From Lytechinus pictus (taxonomy: Eukaryota), in assembly GCF_037042905.1 (NCBI RefSeq), contig NC_087251.1:44394001-44458000 (forward strand): 64,000 bases of DNA. Direction: 5' to 3'. Below the pieces are notes generated by a model. The model worked only from the letters and a program-made list of their open reading frames with translations. It ran no database searches and had not been told where the DNA came from. This document shows positions 11,761 through 23,700 of the stretch, in pieces. Position 1 is the stretch's first letter. Each line of letters opens with the position of its first letter. Both the position numbers and the translations under genes were made by a program.

Positions 11761-14700
11761 GTAAGTTTATCTTAATATTTATCTTTTTACTAAGCTTGGA
11801 AATAAAGTTTAAGTGGAATGTATTTTGAGTTAAAGAGAGAGAGTTTCTATGAAAGGGGGTGTGTCCAAAAGCGAGGCAAGAGAAAGTGCAAAGTCATCAT
11901 AAAATTCACATACCGGTACTGTACTACAGTGTAGTATAATATAGAAGACAGACGTTAGTCATTGCAGATTAAGATTTCCATTTTACCAAGTTGGTGTTTT
12001 GATGAAAATAGAAAAGTGGGACTGGGAGAAACTAGCCTATATCACTCATTCAATAAACAAGGTTGTGATATTTATAACCATATTTAACCATATAATACAT
12101 ATATATTTTTTTCTTCTATAAACACCTCTTTATTGATAAATCATATAAAAAAGGTAATAAACATATAAACCCAGGATATCAGTTCTTATCAAACGAGATA
12201 CAGGGTAACAATAGCATACGTGACATAGGTGTGAACATAACATTGTAACAGATACATGAACGAAACATATATATATCCATATATAGCCATAGGCCTATAG
12301 GCCTAAGCCAACAGCATTATATATTATATTATATTTAAGCCAGCAGCATTCAATTCTCTTTCAGTTTAACACTGTAGTGACTCTTTCGTTAAAGGCTGAT
12401 AATAAAAATCTAATTGTATTGAAATAAAAAAGAATAATTAGTATACTATATGAAGTGAAGGCTAATTGAAAAAAAAGGAAAGCTTTGGAGCTAAATTTTT
12501 GAATTAGCAATTACAGAAGAATTATCAAATTTTTTAATGGGTAATTGATATGGAGGAAAAAATAAACTTTTTTTGTCTGTTTGGAATCATACATACGAGA
12601 TATAATCCTTTTGTACTAAAACCTCTCGTTTTCAAGTCAATATACACCAAATATATTTCCTCGCACTTCGGGTTGTTATTGTTTTATGTAGTGACATATG
12701 CTGTATGGGTAAAAGATAAGTGAAGTGTTAAAATTTGTTCATTTTATAAATGAACCCCTCCCCATTGATATCACTCATGGCCGTCAGATTGAAAAATATA
12801 TTTTTTATCCAAGAAACATTAGGAGCAGCTTATCTATTATTAAAGCATTATTTGATGACTTATCATTTGTTTACTGTTACAAATATAACATTGAGAGGGA
12901 TGTGTGTCATTTATAAAGGGTACAAATTTCAAACGTACACTTCTCTGAACAAACTCAAACTGTATTGATAATCAGCCTAATGAATTCTTATCCATATGCA
13001 TTGCTTAATTTGTCGTAAAATCTATATGACATGTGTCAAGTGTTCTCATCTCTCCTTTTGTGTGTCTAATTTGCCATATTTTATTCTTGTGGAGATGTAT
13101 TTATTAAATACTCAGAAAGTACTGTCAGAAATGTTTAAACATCGTTTGGATGAATTTTGGTGGGGGGAAAGATTTAAAACCTCCATTTCTCAACGCACGT
13201 AAAGTCTCACAAGTTTAAACTGTCTAGATAATCGTCAATTACCAGAAGTTAAGATCGGAAAACCTACAGGAGAAGTCCTTCATTTCCGTACCTGATGTGA
13301 TATGATGTGATGTGATGTGTGAGAAAGGGATTAAAGTTAAAATATTTTTTTTATATACATGTAAATATTCTGTATGCATACAATGTACTGGTTAACGATA
13401 GACATCCATGGCCCTGTAACATAAAAGCTTAGCAATCGATATTAGTGAGGTTGATTTTTACAACTGAAGATACACAGTAATCGATGCAATCAGTTGTAGA
13501 TATATCTGCCCTAGCTTTGATCAATTGCTAAGCTTCATACTGCACTTGGATCCAGACCTGCAAGAGTAATACAGAAAGACATTCAGCATTATAAATGAAA
13601 GTGGGTGGGGGCATGTCTGCACACCCAAAAAATAACTTTAGATAACATATAATTTCTTTTTAATTCCACAAAAAAAATTAGTTGATAATGTTAAACACAT
13701 TCTAATGAGTAAGTGTGCCAAAAAAACATCATAGGAAATTGAGAGAAATACATGATTTTCTGGGGAAAAAATCCTTTGAAAGTCATTTTCAGATTGAACT
13801 GAAAAAAAAAATGGTTCCCCATGTCTGTGCACCTACCCATTCACTTTACATAAAATTCAGGTATTTTTATGAGAAAGGCTGCATTTTGATGGCCTTGTGA
13901 TATTTACAAAGTTCAATATTTTTCCACCATTTTGAGTTGGATTTTTTAAATGAATATAATTTGTCTATAGATGTATTGCTGATTTGTGTAAAGTTTGTGG
14001 TAGTTGCAGACCTGTCTTCTTATGTCGGGATCGCTCAGATACGCATTCGTGCAGATACGGGGCACTGCGCTGTCTTGGAGCACCTTATTAATAGCATAGA
14101 GCTATATAGGTTGTATTAATGACGACATACATTGTGAATGTAGATCTTATCTTGGTCTAAATATTTCTGTGTGAAATGGGTACAATGGAGACTTTATCTG
14201 TTTATCATAGTGTGTCAAGATTTGGAATGACATGAGGGATCAAAATTACGCCTCTCTCGGCGTGTTGTCCATGTTAATAATACCAGCTGGTTTTATATTA
14301 CTGTTTTGGTTGCCAATGATTATTGGATCAGGTTGTGGGCTGATAATAACAAAGAAGGGAGATGGAGTGAGCTGTGAACAGTCTATCATTAGGTGGTTTC
14401 AGACCGCCTCGAAGTTCGTCAGTTCCAGGTATTCTCTGATCGGGAAATTTACCCCGATCAGAAAATACCAGGTATTTTGGTAATGTGAAAGCAAACTACG
14501 CGTAATTTCCCCGAAAGAAAATACCCGCTAAATAGTAGGTACTTGGCGAAATTACGAGACCTTTCGCTGGGATTTTTCCAAGGTTGCAGGTATTTTGGCA
14601 ATGTGAAAGCAATTTACGGGAACTTTTAGCCCAGCGTGTCGTTGGGCGCGGGCGCCGTGGGTGGCTGCTGGGCTAGTGGTTTTGAATCTCGTGCCTTGCC

Positions 14701-17700
14701 TTCTTATTAGACCATACTGCGCATGCTCCTAACTTCAGGAATTTACCCTGAAGGGTATGTTTCGGGGCGGTGTGAATGCAGGAATAATGGGTATGTTTTA
14801 GCCTAAAAATGTTCTCGTAATTTAACGGGTATTCTTGTGATCGAGGCGGTTTGAAACCGCCTACTGTGTCCAAAATATTGGCGTACATGTAAAAGACCAG
14901 CAGAGTGTTTCATGAAGCGAGTAATCCATGATTTTCACTGACAACCCTTAAAAGCTACTGAAATCCTTGCATCTGATTGGCTGAGAGCAAATTAGTCAGT
15001 GAAACTCACTGTCTATTTGTTTCATGAAATGCTCCTTGAGCAATGTATACATTCTCATGCATGGATAGCTTGATTTCAACTCTTTCATACATTGATAGGA
15101 AGGGAAGAAATAGTCATGGTCTAAGGACCCTAGATAGAAAATTCATGTTAATTGTGAAGTTATATTGTGCAATTTCTATAATACTGTGCATTATGATACA
15201 TATGTACATAATAAGCAAACAGGAATCAGTAATTAAAAAAATCAGCAAAAAATGCAAAATTATACATTATTGAAGGAAAATAAGGGAAACCTACATGTAC
15301 ATTTATTTTCTATACACAATACATTCAGGCTCATAACAAGTGACTTATTTATTGAAAAATCTCTTGAAAAAGTTTAAGTTTTAACTTTTCACTAAGCTAT
15401 GTCAGCTTAATACTTTCAAGGTATTTTGATACTTTTTATCTTATATTTGTATTAAAGGAGAATGAAACCCTTGAAACCAGCTGAATCCATATCAAAGAGA
15501 AAAATCGAAGAAATATATTGTTGAAAGTTTGAGGAAGATTGAATGAATAATAAGAAAGTTATGAGCATTTGAATATTGAGATCACTAATGCCATGTAGAT
15601 CCTCCCATTGGCAATGCGACCAAGATCTGTGATGTCACACACGTACAACTCCCTCATTGCTTTAGTACTTATTTCACTTATATTCTCACTTTTATAGAAT
15701 CTATCACAAGGTGAGGTGTTCTCTTTATGAGAGGACAAGTACAGAGGTTTCACAACATTATATCATTGATGAATCGTTTGTCATATTTATGATTAGAATG
15801 AGCAAAAAGAGATGTTTTGGGATATATTTTCAGTGTCCAAAAGGGGAGAGTTGTTCATCTGTGATATCATAGATCTTGGTTGCGTTGCCAATGGGAGGAT
15901 CTCCATAGCATTAGTGATCTCGACATTCAAATGCTCATAACTCTTCTATCGCTAGTCCTATTGCTACTCAAACTTTTGTTGATCTTATTCTTTGATTTTT
16001 CTGCTTTCACAAAAGCTAACTTGCTCCAAGAGTTTCATTCTCCTTTAAATGTAATACCTGGTGAATAAAATAAATCATTAAATCAATCTGGGGCTATTCT
16101 GCCGTACTTTGGCAAAAGGAAGCAAGTTACAAAAGTATCATTTGTTGTAAATGAGCAATGTGTGTTCGTCATTTACATAGGCGTCAATGCAATTTAACAG
16201 CATATTTTCTTCAATATCTGTCCATAGAATGATCAATTCTTCCCAAATTTTGCCTGATGAACGTGCAACATACAAAGGGTGTTTCAGAAACAACAATAAT
16301 TCAAATTTGACTGATGTGTCACTTGCTTCCTTTTGCCAAAGCTGGGCAGTATTGTTAAATTATGACACATTATGATTGTTGTATACACTGTACATTTGAT
16401 ATATTTTCAAAAGATATGTTTTAAAGATTTAGCACGTAATGATTAATCTTATTTTTAGATATATTTTGGTGATTGTTGTAAATTTACATGTTTCATATCA
16501 AATAATGATTTTCCTTTTTTTCATTCTGAAATATGTAAAAAAAATATTACAATTAATAATAATATACAGAATGATATATAATATTCATGAGCCAATCTAT
16601 ACATATGCATGAATCATGTATTTATATTTAATTTGTAGGTGCATGAGAATTTAGAATGATTGCATTTAAATAGTGAATTCATGCACCTCATCATAAACGT
16701 GAATTTATGATTGCATTTAATTTAAAAAGTAAATTCATGCACAGAGTGTTCATGGTGACCATGTCATGTCTTTCAAACAAGACCCAAACATTCCAGTATT
16801 GCACCTTTCTCCCAAATTTCTCATTTTCTATAATTTCCTCCAGGAGGTATGTTCATAACCGGGAGTTGTTTCGAAAGATCGTGAAGCTTTCCAAACAGCA
16901 AGCTGGACACTGGAGCGTTGTTGGTGGGAACGCCGCGGTCATTGCCAACAGGCTCGCGATAGAAGGCTGTGATGTCCTGCTTGGTGGGAGGGCTACTCCG
17001 AGCACGCTCCAAGAGTTTCACCAACATGTCAAAGGTAATTCCTGCTTAAAAACTTTGGTGTTAACCGGTGTTTGTAGAGGTCAGTTTACACCGATGTCAA
17101 ATAAGTGGTGTAGGTTTAACACCCCATGTTGTTATTACAACACTTATGGATGTGAAACTGGTTCCATGACATTTGCTCCGCTCTAAATTCCACACACTAA
17201 TCGAATGACCAACTTCAACCCTGGCTTTGACACCATACCTTACCCTAAACCTAACCCTACATCTTAGACAAAATTAAGCCCGGACCAGTTGCAGGAGCAA
17301 ATGTCGTGTTACTGTTAAAGAAGCACCCTTTAGTATGGTGACACGACATTTGCTTCGGCGACAATTACTCCAGCGACAATTGCTTCAGGCTTTATTTCGT
17401 ATACGATTATAGGGTTAAGGTTAGGGTTGTAATATTTAGAGATTTATTTTAGGTTTAGGGTCAAGTTCAGGATAGGATATGGCACTTGTCGAATCCAGGG
17501 TTGAAGTTGGTCATTCCATTAGTGTGTGGAATTACAACGGAGCAAACGTCGCTGGAGCAAATGTCGTGTAACCAATTTTAACACCTTGGGTGTTTTCCTC
17601 AAGGGACACTGACTGGTGTCAATTTTAATACCCAAGTTTTACAGTAACTTATTAGGAGAGTAAATACCAATTGCTTCAAATCATGTTTTGGATTCACAGG

Positions 17701-20700
17701 TACATGTAAGATCATTTTCAATTATTGAGAAAAATTGTCATTTTATGGAATTTTGTTTCAATTGTATTATATTTTACCACCATAAATCTGATTTGTCATT
17801 GAAATAATATTTTGTTAAATTGAACAATTGATAAAATCCTTGTGGAGGTGAAATGAAAAAAAAAAGGAATTTTAATCACATGATGTATAGGGTAGCTGCT
17901 CCTGCTTGGATGTGACATCAATATGAAATAAAATAGTAAAAAAAACAACAAATTTTTGTTTATTCATATCAAGCCTTAAAAAATTATTTCTTTCATTTGT
18001 CTGTTTTTAGTCAAACCAACTTTGCATTAGGGTGAATTTCTCCTTTGAGATTGTCCTGATGTTGGATTTACCTGTATTTTATAATTTCAAGCAGAATGCA
18101 GCACTTATGATCTTGTTTCTGGAGATAAGATCTATTGCTTTTAACACCTACAATGTAAAAGCAGAACTTGTATTGGTATAGAAAGTCAAATCGAATCCTG
18201 TATCAAGTTTTCATGAATATTTATCAAACTGGGATCCCATTTCAAGACTCTATCCGATTAATCTGTAAAAAAATGGGAATATGCACATTGGATCTCAAGC
18301 ATTTGAAAATCTAATCCACTTTGATGTAAGAAATATCCCCATAACAACTGCATCCCATGAATATTGCATTTAGGATGTTTGAAATTGCATTATTAACCCA
18401 TTTTTTCACGCTGAAAATGAACAAATGGGTAAAGGTAAATGTGGGATTGTAGGATGTGCCTATATAAGAATTAGTTTAAATCAGCTCATTTCATCTGATA
18501 CTTTTGGAGGGTCCTCAAAACTCAAAAGTTTCAGAAATTATCTCAGTTACCATATCCGAGGGATATGAGTGAGGTACAATGTTTTTCAAAGTGGAAGGCA
18601 TTGTGAATTAAACATCACAGTCAGGCCTTATCCCAGTACTCCAGTATAGCCATGCATTCTAAATTCCAAGGATTTAAAATAAATCCTGATAAAATATTAT
18701 ATTTAGATTCAAACCTTGTGGATTAAAATATAAAGCTAAAAAAATGTCATTTAAAGAGAAATTCCAGTAGTTGCAGTAAACACTGATTTCATGAGAAAGT
18801 CTGTAAAACCAGGCTTAATTGTCAGTATATCATCGAGGATCTAGATCTGGTACAGTTACATAAACTGAACTTTGTGAAATCTTGAAATCTACGCTGAAAA
18901 ATGTTCAGACTGAACTTCCCCAACACAGATAAGCGCACGTGGGACTGTGTATAATCATTGCTTTGAGCGTCGGGCCCGACGCTCTACCCGAATCCTGTGC
19001 TTATTTGCTGATTTCTCAGCAATTACACAATTTCTTCCAGAATCCTTTGGCACATGCGTTTTATTTATACAAACAGACACTTTGGTGGTCATTTCATTGG
19101 ATTCTGTACGAACTCATTTTGATATCGTTACCAAAACTAGCATTTACCTTTAAATCTTTTTGAGATTTAAACATTATTCTGTAGGATTAAAAATATATCC
19201 ACATATTCGGATGATCACTATTCACAGCAGATCTGGATATATTTTAAATTCTTGAAATCTTGAGTGTGATAACGAGCCTACATGAATACAGTCAATAGTG
19301 GCCACCTGATTATAGTAAAAAAACAAAACCTGTCTTTAGTGGCCACCAAAATTGTCTCCCCCTGTTTAAAAGGAATATAATATGTTCTAGAGCGCTCTGC
19401 GATTAACAGGAACATTTGCGCCATATTAATAATGGTTGTGGCTTAAAAAGTATGAATTGCTTATACATGTAATTTAGTTTTTCATGCAACAATAAAGTGA
19501 AGCAACAACTGTCTAAACTCTCCTGTGACCACTTTTCTGTTTCCCTTTGGGTGGTCTTTACATACCGTTTTGACTGTAATTAAAGAGTCTGCCCCCAAAT
19601 AAAACCCACCCCTTCAGAGTCGACTCAAGACTACTGAGTGATGCACCCTTTTCAGTTTCATCGACACATGATGAAGTTTGCATGGAGGGGCCATGGCGTG
19701 CTTGGCAGCTTTTTTATGACTTCCAATTGAAAATAAATTGCAAAATGATGAAGAGAAAATCCGAGACTGATTTTGTTATTAGTCCAAGTAAACTCCGAAA
19801 TGGCAGTGTTATTGGAATCTCTCGATTTGTTTATCCCTTTCTCATAAAAGAGTTTATTGATAATTCTCTGAGTGGATTTACATTGATTTTGATTGATTTC
19901 AGGCTTCCAGTGAAATTAAATTTTCCATCTAAACTCTTATATGAGGTATTCTAAATTGAAACTGTATCAGGGAGGCGACATGTAAAGAAATTCGGTATTT
20001 ACAGCTTAATATAAATTCAACTTTTGTTTTCAATGCACTGGTTTCCAGCGATATTATCATTTTTTCTATGATACTTTCTAAATTTCAAGGATTCCAGCAG
20101 ATTGTCGGTGAATAGTGACCAGCCAAAGATTAGATTTAAATTAAAATCGCGTGGAGGTGAATTTAATATATTTAAATTGTAGTATTTTGAGATTTATAAG
20201 TTAATCCATTCGATTAAAAAGTAATTTATCTATTGTTAAGTTGGTCACTTTTCACATTCAATCTGGATTTATCATAATTCCTTTAAATTTAGAGTGTACA
20301 AGTATTAAAGATAGACCTCTACAGAAATTGAATTAGTATGAGAGAGCTGACATGTGGAGAATTGCTGAGTAATGTTTTCATATCTTTTTATGATGTCTGA
20401 TACATCCAACTTTTGTTCTCAATCCACTGGAAGTTGATATCATCTACATACCGATTAGTATGAGGTACTTCAAAATTTAAACTGTATGGCAGAGTGGTCA
20501 TTCTGTAGGAATGCTGTATAATGTTTTCATATCTTATGATGATGAATTCAGCTTTCATTCTCAAATAGCTATATCTTCCACCAACAAAGATGAACTTTCA
20601 TTATGATGATAGATGTTAAATGTTAAAAGCAATAAAAAAAGAGAAGTGAAATGCAATTAAAATTGCAATGAAAATTTAGTTAATCAACGTAAAAATGCCT

Positions 20701-23700
20701 ATGAAATGATTAGCGGGGTTTATAATAAAAATAGAAGCATTTTCTTTAAAAAAAATATAGATTTCTCTGTGAATATATTTCTAGCCATTAATTTTCATGA
20801 ATATATAGTACTCCTATATAATGTGTTCATATCTCATGCTGATTGGTTGTAAACAAATATCCCATAAAACTGTTATTATTACTTCAAAATTTCAATGCAA
20901 ATGAACGTTGGTGTAGTGTTTAGCATATCTGCATGTCATCATCAAGCTATTAAAGTGATCATGATGGCAATTTATTGTATTCATTAATCAGTGATTGTTG
21001 TTTATTTGCAAAATTAATGCTTACTTTTTTATGATGTTGGATTCCTACATTCATAAATATACGCATTCATGAATATGTTTTTAATTAAGTTATATCAATG
21101 ATTGATGTTTATTTCCAAAATCAAAACCAATTTTATAACTAGTTCTCTTAAAATTATAGTGGTACATGTATACATCATTTTTTGAACGTCCATGCATTAA
21201 TGATTTTGTTTTGATTTCGTTATAAAAGTGATTGATGTTCGTATTGAAAATTAATTCCAACTTTATAGTCTTCTTGAAATGAAAGTGATTTTCTGCATCC
21301 AGAAATATGCATTCATAAATTTGTTTAATTATGTCATATCAGTGATTTATGTTTTATTTTAAAAATTCATGCCAACTTTATTCATCGTTCTTGAAATGAT
21401 AGTGATTTCCTGCATCCAGAATACATGCATGTTAATTTATTTGATAATGTCATATCAGTCATTTATGTTTATCAAACAAAAATAAGACCAACTTTATTTT
21501 ACTTGAAATATCAGAGATCAATCTTGTTTGTGGAAAATTCTTGATTGTTTGACTCAGGCTGTGCCACATGGCATTTTCCACTGATGATGTAAAACGTAAA
21601 TCATATTTTTGTGCTCGAGCGCAGACCCGCTCGAGCGACAAATAACACATCATCAGCCCGAGGGACCGGATTTTCAAAACCCAGATCGATCAACCCTGGG
21701 TGATTTGCAAGTGGGATGGAAAGCCTGGATCCAAACTCCTCCATCAATATGGCGATCATTACGATGATGTGCTCTTCTAATACAAGTCATTAGCGGTCTT
21801 TCCGCTTTGGAATGGTTGTTTATACTTGACTGATCGGGGGAAGGGTGGGCCGATCAGTTTAGGCAAGGCCGCAATGCTAGTTGGTAGCGTCCAAGCAGGT
21901 TTGTATTTGAAGTATAGGAAATGAACACTGATGTGTGTGTGGCCTGGATGCTATGGTGTCAATTTATCTTGGATTATTTTTCTTGACTGATTATTGGAGA
22001 AAGTTTAGGATTGATCTATGAATCCTTTGAAGTTTGATTAAGTGCCTGGATTGTCACTGACAAATAAAATTGTCTTGTTTTTCTTAGAGGACATGTTACT
22101 CTTAATTAGCTTGATTATACCATAATATGGATGGATACGGTTTTCTATGATTTAAAATATTTGTTTGTCAAAGGTTTTAAATTTTTTTATCAAACCTTGT
22201 AATTTCAAAACTGTTATAGATATGCAAGGTGGAAATTATTTGATATTTTCATGAATTTTGTTAGAGTTGAGTGCTTAGATGATTTTCCAACAAATTACTT
22301 GATTTCTGGAAACTTCTACTTCAACTTACATGCATATATCCTTTCCTACACTCTGAAAACACTGAAGGCAAAAATGATGGAAAGGAGTGACAGCGTTTTC
22401 CCTCCTTATTAAAAACACTGTCCCTCCCTTTTAAAGGGTCATTACCCCTTTCTACCCTTTCATTTTTCAGAGTGTAGCAGGGCTAAAGCAGAGCACAATT
22501 TCATAAAACAGTTACAATGTTATTAAAGCTTGGCTAAACAAATTCCTTTTGAAGCCTCTTTTGTCTGTATATATTTTCTGTACATCCAATTGAAAAGAAA
22601 AATCGATAGCAAACATGGTATTTTCAGAGCCAGAGAGCAAAAATTTAGATTGAAAGTCTATGATAAAATAAAGGAGAATCATTAGACTTGAACTAATGGA
22701 TAATGGATAGCTTGGAAAAGAGCGTTGACTGACAAAATGCCTTGTTTATTGCTCTTCAGCAATTACTCATCGAATAGGAGCATTTGGCTCATGGTAATAT
22801 ACAAACTTTAATTCTTGGATATTTCATTGATACCTGTTATTATCTATTTCGCAGTCTTTACGATATCTGGACTGGAATTAATCTATAAATCTAATAATTG
22901 AGTTGACTTATTTGATTAATCCTAACCTTGGCAGATGCTCCAGGCTGAAAATAATATGATTTGAAAACAGATAAAGAAAAATCAGACAAACAAAACACTG
23001 AAAATTTGATCAGAGTCGGACAAGGAATAACAAAGTTATGGTATTCTAAGGATTGCATTATTCTGATGAAACCGTTCTAGGCATGTCTTCATGAATATTC
23101 AAAGAGCAAACTGATGATGTCATATCCCCACTTGTTCTTTGGTATTTTATCATATGAAATTAGGTTTATTCCATTTTTTTCCTCTAAGAATTAAAAATAT
23201 TGGATTGACAACTGATTCAGTGCATTAGATACCTATTGCTGCAACTTATTTCAAAAGGGAGACTCAACATTCACACATGTATGCAAAAATTAAACACTTA
23301 TGATTTCATGTAACATAAGAAAAGGGAAAGTGGGGATGTGACATCATCAGCCTATCATGACGACGTGCATATAACTGTTTTCACAATGCATTGCTACACT
23401 TTAAAATTCAATAACTTCACTATGTGTTATCCAATTTTGATGGAATTTTCTGCATTTTGCTCTTTGAATTTTGCTCTATTTATTTACATATAAATATTTT
23501 CAGCCCGAAGTATACCTTTAAGGCTGTTTCAGTTTAATTTGACTCCGTTTCCATTGCATGATCTGGTGAGTGGCATGTTGACACCAACATTTGGACAGCC
23601 CAAATTGGATGCATTGATTTATTCATGGATGGTGGTGGAATAGCAGCATGTATGTGAGATTGAATGTTCGTCAGACCGTATATCATTCCCAGATTAGAAT

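Noticed and set aside
21555..21727. Hammerhead ribozyme (CTGATGA at 21581 ... GAAA at 21719) or RNase P/7SK/telomerase RNA
   Set aside because: CTGATGA is buried in a 10-bp helix, seven extra bases separate it from stem I, and the cleavage position would be G. RNase P CR-I/CR-V-like words are in the wrong order, there is no CUAACCCU template, and the 7SK likeness is limited to short GATC words.
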